A stretch of 64,000 bases of DNA, from assembly GCA_030684775.1 (NCBI GenBank), contig JAUXXW010000201.1, positions 591 through 64,590 of the forward strand, read 5' to 3'. This document shows positions 1 to 10,088 of this stretch, piece after piece; position 1 is the stretch's first letter, and each line of letters opens with the position of its first letter. The notes under the pieces are model-generated. The model had not been told where the DNA came from. It saw only the letters and a program-made list of their open reading frames with translations, and did no database searches. The DNA is from Pseudomonadota bacterium. Its GTDB lineage: Bacteria; Pseudomonadota; Gammaproteobacteria; Burkholderiales; Thiobacillaceae. A program made the translations under genes and the position numbers.

Positions 1-2053
1 GCCGCTCGGGGCCGTTGTCCATATCCTTCATCCGCTCGAACAAGCGGTCGAATTCCGGGTTCTGGTAGTTGGCCGCGTTCTCGCCACCGACACCCACTTT
101 CTTGTTGGGGCCGTAGAGCAGGAACAAGAAGTTTTCCGGGTCGGGGTAATCGGCGTTCCAGCCCCACTCGAACAGTTGCGCGCCGCCCTTGCCCATCTTG
201 TCCTGGAAGCGGTTGTAGTCGGTGGCGCGAATCACCAACTGAATGTCCAGCCGGGCGAACTGCTTGCGGAACCAGTCCATGCGCGACTTGGCTTCCGGAC
301 CGCTGGCGGGCGTGTCGAAGTAAAGGGTGAGCGGCTGCCCGGTGACGGCGTCGCGGCCATTGGGGTAACCGGCCTCGGCAAGCAGTTGCTTCGCGTCTTC
401 CAGGGGGCGGCGTTTGAAACGGGCGCAGTCGGCTGAACCTGGTGAAACCAGCTCCCCCCCTTTTTCAAAGGGGGGCAGGGGGGATTTTTTCACGGGTTGC
501 GCAACCGCCGACGTCGCCAAATCCCCCCCCGCCCCCCTTTGGGAAAGGGGGGAGTCCGTGTTTGCCGCATGCTCGGAGTCGGTACGGCCCAGGTTCCCGC
601 AATCCGCCCGGAACACCACCGGATTCACCCCCGCCAGCCCGTCCCGATAGCCGAAGATGCCCGGTGGCAGCGGCCCCTGCCCCGGCAGGCCTCGACCATT
701 GAGGAAGATGGAAATGAACTCGTCGTAGTCGATGGCGATGGACAGGGCCTGGCGCAGTTTGCGCGCCCGTTCCGACAAGCCGCCCACCACCGGGTCGAGC
801 ATATTGAAGCCCATGTAGTTGAGCGATGGCCGCGCGGCGGTGGCGAGCAGGATGCCGCGCGAGCGCATGTCGTCGGTCAGGTCCGGCTCGCCCTTGGCGT
901 TCATGCGGATGGCCTGATCGAAGCTGTCGGAACTCACCCCGGAGGCGTCGTAATAGCCTTGCAGGAACTTGTTCCAGTACGGCACATCCTCTTTTTCCAG
1001 CGAATAGATCACTGTCTCCACCATCGGCAGACGCTTGCCGGCGTCGTCCAGCAGACCCGCCTCGCGATCACCGGGGTCACCTTCCGAAGGATAAAAATCG
1101 TCGCGGTAATGCGGGTTCTTTTGCAGGCGCATCACCCGGTTGGGGTCGTTCTCGGCCAGGTAATAGGCACCCGTGCCCACCGGCTGCCAATCCAGGGTGA
1201 AATTCCGCTCCGCCATGCCCGGCTGGCGATAAAAGCGTTCCGCCTCCTCCGGCACCGGCGCGAAAAACGGCATACCCAGCCAGTAGACGAACTGCGGATA
1301 CTTGCCCTTGATGCGGATGCGATAGGTGTATCTATCCACCACATAGGCGCCGGGGAAGTCGTATTTCACGATGTCCAGATAAGCATCCTTCGGCTGTTCC
1401 TTGGACGCCTTGCCCAGATCCTTCGCCAAATCTTTCAGGCCGACGATGTAATCCGCCATCAGCCCGAGGATGGGCGACTGCACGCGCGGATGCGCCAGAC
1501 GACGCACCTGGTAGACGTAATCGGCGGCGATCAGCTCGCGGCTGCCCTGCTCCGGAAAATCCTCGAAGCGGGCGATGCCCGCCAGTTCCTCCGGCTTGAT
1601 CGGCACATAGCGCGGCTTGCCCGCCGCATCCCTGGCAAAGGCCGGATGCGGCTGATAGCGGATGCCCGGCTTGATGCGAATCTCATACTCCGACACCGCG
1701 ATCTTCGCAGCCGCCACATCGGCCGGCAGTTCCCGCCCCTGAGCATCGAGATAACGCACCGTCGGCATCGCGGCGGCAGTCTGCGGTTCCAACTGATAGG
1801 GCCGTTTCAGATAGTGGTATTGCAGCGGCGGCTCGTAGATGTTGCCGAGAAAAACGTACTCGTTCTCGCTGTAGGAACGTGCCGGGTCGAGATGCTTGGG
1901 CCGTTCGCCGAAGGCGGAATAGACAACCGATGCGCTGCCGTTTTTGCCCCCCTCGGAAGCGGGATAAGGACTGTTCACTGGCCGCGAACAGGCGGCGAGG
2001 AAAGCCAGGAAGAACAAGAACGAATACCGCACCAGCACCATCCGCTCAGGCAT
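1..2053 (-). CDS. ABC transporter substrate-binding lipoprotein, family 5 (peptide/opine/nickel type); 3' end lies outside the window
   Basis: The minus frame is open from ATG 2053 to the window edge. It is absent from the ORF track because there is no stop inside the window. Own translation: MPERMVLVRYSFLFFLAFLAACS (lipobox) ... IFGYRDGLAGVNPVVF ... KRRPLEDAKQLLAEAGYPNGRD ... LFEWGWNADYPDPENFLFLLYGPN, typical of SBP_bac_5. The plus ORF 497..2068 is its antisense shadow. Confidence 0.8.
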   Translation of the reverse strand, partial: MPERMVLVRYSFLFFLAFLAACSRPVNSPYPASEGGKNGSASVVYSAFGERPKHLDPARSYSENEYVFLGNIYEPPLQYHYLKRPYQLEPQTAAAMPTVRYLDAQGRELPADVAAAKIAVSEYEIRIKPGIRYQPHPAFARDAAGKPRYVPIKPEELAGIARFEDFPEQGSRELIAADYVYQVRRLAHPRVQSPILGLMADYIVGLKDLAKDLGKASKEQPKDAYLDIVKYDFPGAYVVDRYTYRIRIKGKYPQFVYWLGMPFFAPVPEEAERFYRQPGMAERNFTLDWQPVGTGAYYLAENDPNRVMRLQKNPHYRDDFYPSEGDPGDREAGLLDDAGKRLPMVETVIYSLEKEDVPYWNKFLQGYYDASGVSSDSFDQAIRMNAKGEPDLTDDMRSRGILLATAARPSLNYMGFNMLDPVVGGLSERARKLRQALSIAIDYDEFISIFLNGRGLPGQGPLPPGIFGYRDGLAGVNPVVFRADCGNLGRTDSEHAANTDSPLSQRGAGGDLATSAVAQPVKKSPLPPFEKGGELVSPGSADCARFKRRPLEDAKQLLAEAGYPNGRDAVTGQPLTLYFDTPASGPEAKSRMDWFRKQFARLDIQLVIRATDYNRFQDKMGKGGAQLFEWGWNADYPDPENFLFLLYGPNKKVGVGGENAANYQNPEFDRLFERMKDMDNGPER
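446..556. repeat. Intragenic palindromic element (G/C-homopolymer arms plus core), in frame in the SBP gene
   Basis: The arms are CCCCCCCTTTTTCAAAGGGGGG (454-475) and CCCCCCCCGCCCCCCTTTGGGAAAGGGGGG (523-552). Codon-by-codon translation of the minus frame stays open: DSPLSQRGAGGDLATSAVAQPVKKSPLPPFEKGGEL. Confidence 0.7.
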
Positions 2054-2088
2054 TGTTTTCGTCAGTAGCCAATTTCCAGCGTGTTGCA

Positions 2089-4776
2089 TTACAGCCGATC
2101 CGGCATGGGACGGGTATTTCTCAGCCACTCTCGCACCGGCGACAGATCATCCCAATCCAGCGTCAAACCCAGGCTGCCATCGTCGTTGATGACCCGCAGT
2201 CGATTCTGATCCTTGGTCAAAAACAGCACTTTGCCGTAGGTTTTCGGCACACGCCGCGCCTTGCGCGCGGCATCCTTCACGTTTTCCTTGGTTTCAACCA
2301 GGCGCGCCGCGGGTTCGTCACCCGGCACATGAGACAGGCACACGACGAAATCCGGATAGAAATAATTCTGGTGTTCGCCACGCACCAACTTCACCGCGTA
2401 AGGCTTGCGATCCGAATTGCGGTGCCACCATTCGACGAAATCGGCGCGATCCAGTGCATGGGCGAAATCTCGTTCCTCGCCATTCAGCTTGGAACTGCCG
2501 TCGTAGCGGCCCACGCTGATTTCCGCCGCGCCCAACGCCAGCGTCCGGTCGGCCAGCCATTCCCGCTCATCCAGAAGCAACGTGGTGTCGATGGCCGCCA
2601 GGTCTTCGTCGGAAGGCGGCAGCACGCCATAAATGTTCTTGCGCGAAGCCGTCAGGCTCAAGGCGGCCGGAAACAACATCAGGTCTGGCAACGGTTCGGC
2701 ATCTTCCAGCGTGGTGAATTCCGCGACGATGCTCTGCATCAACTCGGCCAGATTTCCGGCTTCGCGGCGAATCACCCAATGCGCCGCATCGCGGGCGTGA
2801 CGGTTGAGGTCAGCCTCACTCGGACGCGCCTCTTCATCCATATCTTCGAACGCCTCGTCGATGGCCGCGCGCAAACGGCGCGCCAGCACGCCGTCGATGA
2901 TGCGCACATCGGCGTCTTCCACCTGCGGCAGGTTGCGCAAGATCGCCACGGCTTCGCGCGCCATCGCGGCACGGTCGGTAATCACCTGGACGTCTTCCTC
3001 GCTACGCTGGCCCTGGGTCAGTTCAGTGTGAACTTCCTTTTCCTTCAAGCGGTTGAGCGCCGCGCGCACCGCGTTTTTCTTCAGTTCATCCGGGATAGGC
3101 AGGCGGATCGCCACCGCCTCCGACACCGCCGACATATCGTCCATTTCCGGCCGCCGTTCGCGCTTGAGCGCGGCCGGCAAATTGCGCAAGCCGCCTCGGC
3201 GCGGATAGGCGCGGATATTTTTCTCCGTCAGCAAGTCGAGCAACGCCTCCCTGGACGCCGGCACGGCCCGCCGCGCGCGCGGGGTTGGCGTAGGCAGCAT
3301 TTCATCCAACACATAGACCCCACCGGGCTCATCCGCCGGCAGCGTGTCGAACAGCGACGGCTGCTTGCTGTATTCCGCTATTGCCGGATGCACCGGCAAT
3401 TCAGCCGCCTTCTCCGGGCTGTCCGGCAACGGCATGTCATATAGCAAGGGCGTCTGCGGGCTGGAACGGTTGGTGTAGACCAGCGCGCCGGAGGCCATTT
3501 TTCGCGCCTCCAGTTTTTCGGTCTGGCCTTCGAGCTGGGATTTCACCCCGCTGGTCGCCTGTACCGCCGCCTCGAAACCTCGCTGTGCTTCGGCGTCAGC
3601 CAGATACACATAGGCGGTATTGAACTCGTCCGGAATAGCTTGTGGCTTCGGCCAGGCTGCGCGCACGGCGCGCGCCACCCGCATCACGCGGCCGACAAAC
3701 TGCATGGCGAAATCGCTGTCGTTGACCGACTTGGTGGACGCCAGCACGAACGCGCGCGGCGCATCGAAGCCGGTGCCGGCCGACTGCTTGAAAATCAGCA
3801 CCTCCTTGCCGGCATCGTTGGCGATGGCCGCCATCAGCACCGGGTCGGGCGCATCGGAAGAATGTTTGCCGATAGCGCCAGGATGAACGCCGCACAGATG
3901 GATCAAATCCTGTTCGGCTTCGTCCACTGTCTTTTCACCGTTGGCTACCTGGATAAGCAACAACGGCGTCAGCGCCACGCCGGCCGCTTGCAGATGCCGC
4001 TTGATCCGTTGCGAGCGCTTCCAGGCCTGGCGCAGCACCGTGCGCTTCAAATCGGTCACGCTCTGCGCGCTCTGCCGCAAGTCGTACACCACCGCCTCGA
4101 TATAGCGTTTGTTGAGACGCGCGTTGACCACTTCGGAGCGAGAGGCGGCGAAGCTCTCGAAGGCGCTGTGACCGGACTGCTGCAAGAACTCCAGCAGTCG
4201 CGCGTCTTTCGGCGTCGCCGTGGCCATGATGAGAAAGTCCGGCGTCAGCCAGTGCGCGAACTGGCCGAATTCCGTGGTCTTGTCCAGGCCGATATGCGCC
4301 TCGTCCACCACCAGGCCGATGTTCAAGCCACCCACGCGGGCGCGCGCCACGAACGCCGCCAGCGTGCGTTTGTCATCGTCGCCGTCGGCGTTGTAATTCG
4401 CGCGACGGTCCACCGCCCGCGCCACGCCCTGCGCGGTGGACAGCAGCACCATCCCGGCCTGGGCGTCCTGATTGCGACCCCGGTTCAGCATCACCGGCGT
4501 CAAGCCGGCGCAATTCGCGGCCAGAGCATCCTCGGTCTGTTGCACCAGATTCACGAACGGCACGAACCACAGCCACAGCGTCGGCCGTTCCAGGCTGATG
4601 TTTTCCAGCACCCGCGAGATGACGAAAGTCTTGCCCGAACCCGTGGGCGCGCGCAACAAACAGGGCGGCGCCGGGGTGCGCAGCAACGCGCGGGTCATGC
4701 CGTCGATCAGCCCGGCCTGGAAGATTTCCGGCTCCAGCGCGCCGGATTGGGGCGCGATGATGTCGAGTGCATTCAT
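2089..4776 (-). CDS. res: Type III restriction enzyme Res subunit (SF2 helicase plus C-terminal PD-(D/E)xK nuclease)
   Basis: 895-aa ORF. Walker A APTGSGKT, DEAH box (VVDEAH), motif VI-like QFVGRVMR, and a C-terminal nuclease motif YPDFVV...ETKEN. It lies directly downstream of a beta-class methyltransferase. SD AGGGAG sits 7 nt before ATG 4776. Confidence 0.75.
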   Translation of the reverse strand: MNALDIIAPQSGALEPEIFQAGLIDGMTRALLRTPAPPCLLRAPTGSGKTFVISRVLENISLERPTLWLWFVPFVNLVQQTEDALAANCAGLTPVMLNRGRNQDAQAGMVLLSTAQGVARAVDRRANYNADGDDDKRTLAAFVARARVGGLNIGLVVDEAHIGLDKTTEFGQFAHWLTPDFLIMATATPKDARLLEFLQQSGHSAFESFAASRSEVVNARLNKRYIEAVVYDLRQSAQSVTDLKRTVLRQAWKRSQRIKRHLQAAGVALTPLLLIQVANGEKTVDEAEQDLIHLCGVHPGAIGKHSSDAPDPVLMAAIANDAGKEVLIFKQSAGTGFDAPRAFVLASTKSVNDSDFAMQFVGRVMRVARAVRAAWPKPQAIPDEFNTAYVYLADAEAQRGFEAAVQATSGVKSQLEGQTEKLEARKMASGALVYTNRSSPQTPLLYDMPLPDSPEKAAELPVHPAIAEYSKQPSLFDTLPADEPGGVYVLDEMLPTPTPRARRAVPASREALLDLLTEKNIRAYPRRGGLRNLPAALKRERRPEMDDMSAVSEAVAIRLPIPDELKKNAVRAALNRLKEKEVHTELTQGQRSEEDVQVITDRAAMAREAVAILRNLPQVEDADVRIIDGVLARRLRAAIDEAFEDMDEEARPSEADLNRHARDAAHWVIRREAGNLAELMQSIVAEFTTLEDAEPLPDLMLFPAALSLTASRKNIYGVLPPSDEDLAAIDTTLLLDEREWLADRTLALGAAEISVGRYDGSSKLNGEERDFAHALDRADFVEWWHRNSDRKPYAVKLVRGEHQNYFYPDFVVCLSHVPGDEPAARLVETKENVKDAARKARRVPKTYGKVLFLTKDQNRLRVINDDGSLGLTLDWDDLSPVREWLRNTRPMPDRL

Positions 4777-4798
4777 CCCGCTACTCCCTGCTTGGTGT

Positions 4799-4871
4799 CG
4801 TGGGTCGGGTTAGTCGCAGCCGTAACCCGACAAGCGAAACGTCGGGTTACGCTAACGCTAACCCGACCTAC
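4799..4871. repeat. REP doublet (family A: GT(A/G)GGTCGGGTTAG / GTAACCCGAC) between mod and res
   Basis: gtgggtcgggttagtcgcagccgtaacccgac ... gtcgggttacgctaacgctaacccgacctac. These are two inverted units. The same family occurs at 8651-8707, 17705-17718 and 34545-34622. Confidence 0.8.
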
Positions 4872-4894
4872 GTTGACTTGTTGCGCCAATTCAT

Positions 4895-6847
4895 TCATGC
4901 CGCGTTGCCTCCCTGCCCACCCAGCACCGCATCCATCAGGCTGTAGCAGTTCGCCTCGACTCCGCGCGCGGCGAGTTTCTCGGCCAGCGTTTGCGGGCGC
5001 AGTGTGTAGATCGCCAGGCGCGCGGCGCCGGATTGCGCCGGCCAGGCTGCCAGGCTTTGCAGCGTGGCGGCGTTGAATTCGCCACACAGCAGCAGCTCGC
5101 AATCCGCCAACCGCCCCAGGCGTTTGATCGGTCCTTCGGGTATCGGCAGGGCTACGCCCAGCCGCTTCATTGCCAGCAACTGAAACGCCTGATCGAGATC
5201 GACTTCGTGATGCGCATCCGCCGCCTCCACCTTGTCCAGTTGCAGATAGGCGAACTCGCCGCCCTGCTCCACGGCATAGCCCGGCTTGCCACCGTAGCCG
5301 GCGATGACCCGGCGCATGCGTTCGGCGCAGACGTCGCGGCAAAGGTTCTTGTCAGGTTCCTTCTTCGTCGCCTCGGTGCTGGAGCAGAGGATGAAACGAC
5401 GCTGGCCGCCATCCTCGGCGTTGAGTTCCAACACCGCCTGGCCGGTGGTGCCGGAACCGGCGAAGAAGTCGAGGATGGTGTCGGTGGGGCGGGTGGCTTG
5501 GCGGAGGAGGTTTTTGATCAGGGACAGCGGTTTGGCGTAGTTGAAAGCGCGGTCGCCAAAGATTTCCGCCACCACGCGCGCACCTTCCTGGTTGGTGCTG
5601 GAAACAAAACTGGTATCCGCTTCGTAACTGCCTTCCTCGAAACTGGGCACGATCCAGCTGGAAAGCGGCTGCGTCTGGTTGCGCAGATCGGCCTTGTAGC
5701 GCTTGAACTGCGGCCGGCCGAAACCGGCCGGGCGGCCGACCCAGAATTCCAGATTGGGGAGGTCGCGGCGCAGCAACGGCGTCTTGCCGCTCTTGGGTAC
5801 ATCGCCCGCGTCGATGGCGGCCAGCAACGCCTCCAGCGTCGGCCAGGTTTCCACGCGCTGTTCGGCTGGAAAAAGGATCTGGCCCAGTTCGATAAACGCC
5901 TCCATCGTCTTGGCCTGCACCGTCTGGCCTTCCTTCAGCCGTGCTTCTGACGCGTAGACCCAGACGCGATCCGGATTGGGCGGGTAAGCGATGCCGGTCT
6001 TCTGATCCAGCAACGGGTAATACAGGTTGGGGCGTTCCTTGTAGGAGAAGCCCAGCGTCAGGTCGCTCGTTCGCCAGTCGCCGCGCGGGTCGTTGTCCGG
6101 GTTGCCATACATCTCATAGCTTTTGCTGAAACCGTTGAAACTGAAACCGGCGTTGCCGTAGACCAGCACATGTTCGTGATCGACGGAGAGAAAACATTGC
6201 TGGTCGGCGTTCGAGCCCTGCCGGGTGCGCCAGGTCATGCTTCCCAGCCGCCGCCCCGGAAACACCTCATCCATCAGCAACTCCAGCCGCGCCCGGTTTT
6301 CGTCGTTGATCGACACCAGAATCACGCCGTCCGGCGTCAGCAGGTCGCGCGCCAGGGTCAGGCGGCGATAGAGAAATTCCAGCCACTGCGAATGCCGCCA
6401 ACGGTCGTTGGCGCCGACATAGCGGTCGTTGTAGACCCAGTCCTTGTTGCCGGTGTTGTAGGGCGGGTCGATGTAGATGACGCGGACTTTGCCGCGATGC
6501 GTGGCACGCAGCAGGCGCAGCGCGTCGTAGTTGTCGCCTTCGATGATGAGGTTGCGGTGGGCAAAAGCGCCCTCTCTGATGGAACTACCAGCCAACCGAC
6601 TAGGCCGCCCAACAACGTCGGCCAAGTCTCTGGCTGCCCGGGACTCCCCCGGGGGGGGAGGGGGAAAAACGTCCACCAGTCGGGGCAGCACGACATCGGC
6701 GTTGAGCGCGCGGTCGCGCTCGATGGCGCTGGACTCCCAGTACAGGCCCAGCTTCTGTCTGGTCAGGTGTTCCACCAGCAGCCGGCGCAACTGGGGTTCG
6801 TTGAGGCCTTCGAGCTGGCCCAACAGATCGCTGGTTTTGTCGCTCAC
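4895..6847 (-). CDS. mod: Type III R-M DNA methyltransferase Mod subunit (beta-class N6/N4 MTase)
   Basis: DPPYNTG (motif IV) precedes FFAGSGTTGQA (motif I). The longest ORF reaches 6913. I prefer GTG 6847 because it overlaps the TGA stop of the upstream DUF2442 gene (GTGA), and the protein then begins VSDKTSDLLGQLEGL. Confidence 0.8.
   Translation of the reverse strand: MSDKTSDLLGQLEGLNEPQLRRLLVEHLTRQKLGLYWESSAIERDRALNADVVLPRLVDVFPPPPPGESRAARDLADVVGRPSRLAGSSIREGAFAHRNLIIEGDNYDALRLLRATHRGKVRVIYIDPPYNTGNKDWVYNDRYVGANDRWRHSQWLEFLYRRLTLARDLLTPDGVILVSINDENRARLELLMDEVFPGRRLGSMTWRTRQGSNADQQCFLSVDHEHVLVYGNAGFSFNGFSKSYEMYGNPDNDPRGDWRTSDLTLGFSYKERPNLYYPLLDQKTGIAYPPNPDRVWVYASEARLKEGQTVQAKTMEAFIELGQILFPAEQRVETWPTLEALLAAIDAGDVPKSGKTPLLRRDLPNLEFWVGRPAGFGRPQFKRYKADLRNQTQPLSSWIVPSFEEGSYEADTSFVSSTNQEGARVVAEIFGDRAFNYAKPLSLIKNLLRQATRPTDTILDFFAGSGTTGQAVLELNAEDGGQRRFILCSSTEATKKEPDKNLCRDVCAERMRRVIAGYGGKPGYAVEQGGEFAYLQLDKVEAADAHHEVDLDQAFQLLAMKRLGVALPIPEGPIKRLGRLADCELLLCGEFNAATLQSLAAWPAQSGAARLAIYTLRPQTLAEKLAARGVEANCYSLMDAVLGGQGGNAA
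6575..6670. repeat. Intragenic palindromic element, in frame in the mod N-terminal region
   Basis: The core ccaaccgactaggccgcccaacaacgtcggccaagtc plus the arm ggactcccccggggggggagggggaaaaac is translated as VFPPPPPGESRAARDLADVVGRPSRLAGSSIRE. The core is about 85% identical (by eye) to the reverse complement of 24640-24680 in rlmN. Confidence 0.7.
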
Positions 6848-7125
6848 GCCGCCGCTTCCAGCGCCTGGCCATGCTCGATTCGGTTGCGGTAAAGATCCAT
6901 CACGGGGAAGCACAAGTCAAAGTCACCCCAGACCAGTTCGCCATATTCAATACGGAATTGTGCGAAACGCTCTGGCGCGGACCAGGCCCGGATATCCGGG
7001 TGAAGCGAGGCGTTCAGGAACGATTTGAAGTCGACAATCTGTTCGACGCCATCATCAAAACAGATCCTGGGCCGAAGTTCGCCGACGACTTCCGCGGACA
7101 CCACATTGATCACTACAGGGTTCAT
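6844..7125 (-). CDS. DUF2442 family protein
   Basis: 93 aa. The pattern V..V......L.I.F.DG....VDF..FL........F..F.I..G.L.WGD.DL matches my recollection of DUF2442. SD GAGGAGA lies before ATG 7125. Its stop overlaps the mod start. Confidence 0.65.
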   Translation of the reverse strand: MNPVVINVVSAEVVGELRPRICFDDGVEQIVDFKSFLNASLHPDIRAWSAPERFAQFRIEYGELVWGDFDLCFPVMDLYRNRIEHGQALEAAA

Positions 7126-7188
7126 TTAAGTCTCCTCGTGATGTTTTCCGGGCGAACCGGTTTATGCAGTACGAAGGGCCGTTGGGCC

Positions 7189-7293
7189 GTAGGATGCGGT
7201 TACCGAAGGGTAGGAGCTTCATCAGATCGCAGCGAACCGCATCAACCACGGTTGCGCGATGTGATGCGGTTCACTGCGCTCACCGCATCCTAC
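7189..7293. repeat. REP pair (family C: GTAGGATGCGGT...GCAGCGAACCGCATCAACCAC)
   Basis: gtaggatgcggttaccgaagg...gcagcgaaccgcatcaaccac...gtgatgcggttcactgcgctcaccgcatcctac. These are inverted units downstream of purA. A second cluster lies at 13708-13805. Confidence 0.8.
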
Positions 7294-7299
7294 GTGGGC

Positions 7300-8707
<1,408 letters not shown>

Positions 8708-8713
8708 GAAAAG

Positions 8714-9865
8714 CTATTGAACACGCCAACCCGAATCTGTTTTCACCAGTCGCTGGTCGCAGCCCGATTCCGCGCCATGGGCTTCCTGCCCCGGCAATTC
8801 GACCACAACCCGTTCACCGGCGGCGCGCAATTCGGCGATGCTGGCGCGCAAGCCGGCGTCGTCCAGGCTCGGCGCCAGGATGCCGCCACGCGACGCTGGC
8901 GCCCCAAGGCAACCGAGAAGCTGGCGCAGATCCAGGGAAAAGCCGGTCGCCGGGCGGTGGCGGCCGAAAACGCTGCCGGCGCCGTCATAGCGGCCACCCA
9001 GGGCCACCGCGCGCGCCTGGCCACCGGCATAGGCGGCGAAGGTGGCACCATTGTGATAGCCGTCGCCACGCAAATCGGAGAGATCGACCGCGACACTGGC
9101 CTGACCGAGGGCGTTGCCGGCGGCGAACAGACGGTCGAGTTGATCCAGCGCTTGGCTGATGGCGGGCTGCTCGGGCAATTCCTGGCGCGCCCGCGCCAGC
9201 GCCTCGGCGCCACCGTAGAGTCCAGGCAGTCGGCAAAAGGCGTCACGCCAGGGCGCTGCGAGGTCGGCGCTGAGCGCCTCCACTTCCGGCACATCCTTGC
9301 CGCGCAGGGCGACGAACAGGGCGGCGGCGCGATCCTCGGTCAAATCGGCGCCCGCGACCAGCGCGTGGAACAGACCGGCATGGCCCAGGCTCAGACGCGC
9401 ATCCGGCACAGCGGCCGCGGCGAGCGCCGCGAGCAGGAGTTCCTGGATTTCCAGATCGGCCTCGATGCCGGCATGGCCGAATAGTTCGGCGCCAATCTGC
9501 AACGGCTCGCGGCAGGCGAGGCCGGCCGGCTTGGTACGCAGCACCGGGCCGGCGTAACAGAGGCGGGTCGCGCCCTCATGGCCGATCAGGTGGGCATCGA
9601 TGCGGGCGGCCTGCGGCGTCATGTCGGCGCGCACGCCGAGCAGGCGGCCGGAAAGGCCATCCACCACCTTGAAGGTTTTCAGGTCGAGATCGCGGGCGGC
9701 GCCGGTCAGCAGGGAATCGAGGTATTCCACCAGCGGTGGTACCACCAGATCGTAGCCATAGCCGTCGAACAGATCGAGCAGGCGACGGCGCAGGATTTCC
9801 GCCTGCCGGGCATAGGGCGGCAGAATGTCTTCGATGTACTCGGGCAGGAGCCAGGCTTGGGTCAT
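8714..9865 (-). CDS. hisZ: ATP phosphoribosyltransferase regulatory subunit
   Basis: 383 aa with a HisS-like catalytic core and no anticodon-binding domain. It holds the conserved position upstream of purA. Confidence 0.88.
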   Translation of the reverse strand: MTQAWLLPEYIEDILPPYARQAEILRRRLLDLFDGYGYDLVVPPLVEYLDSLLTGAARDLDLKTFKVVDGLSGRLLGVRADMTPQAARIDAHLIGHEGATRLCYAGPVLRTKPAGLACREPLQIGAELFGHAGIEADLEIQELLLAALAAAAVPDARLSLGHAGLFHALVAGADLTEDRAAALFVALRGKDVPEVEALSADLAAPWRDAFCRLPGLYGGAEALARARQELPEQPAISQALDQLDRLFAAGNALGQASVAVDLSDLRGDGYHNGATFAAYAGGQARAVALGGRYDGAGSVFGRHRPATGFSLDLRQLLGCLGAPASRGGILAPSLDDAGLRASIAELRAAGERVVVELPGQEAHGAESGCDQRLVKTDSGWRVQ

Positions 9866-10053
9866 TGTGTGAGAACGAGAAGGGCTAGGCCGGCGAGCAT
9901 GGAAATCAGGCCCATGAAGCGCACCTGACCATTGTTGAACTGGATCATGCGGGCGAAGGTTTCACGCCAGGCGGTGGGGGCCAGGAAGGGCAGCAGCCCT
10001 TCCATGACCAGCATGAGCGCGAGCGCGGGAAGCCAGACATCGCCCAGACTCAC
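9862..10053 (-). CDS. DUF2065 (YjeT-like) small membrane protein
   Basis: 63 aa with two hydrophobic helices. It holds the conserved position just after hflC, as for E. coli yjeT. Confidence 0.65.
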   Translation of the reverse strand: MSLGDVWLPALALMLVMEGLLPFLAPTAWRETFARMIQFNNGQVRFMGLISMLAGLALLVLTQ

Positions 10054-10088
10054 GCCATGCCACCCGGCTTATAGACCGCGACGCGGAA

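Noticed and set aside
497-2068. 523-aa plus-strand ORF (and the overlapping 1879..3444 plus ORF)
   Set aside because: It is Arg/His/Gly-rich with no recognisable motifs, and it lies exactly antisense to a well-supported minus-strand solute-binding-protein gene. This is typical high-GC shadow ORF behaviour.
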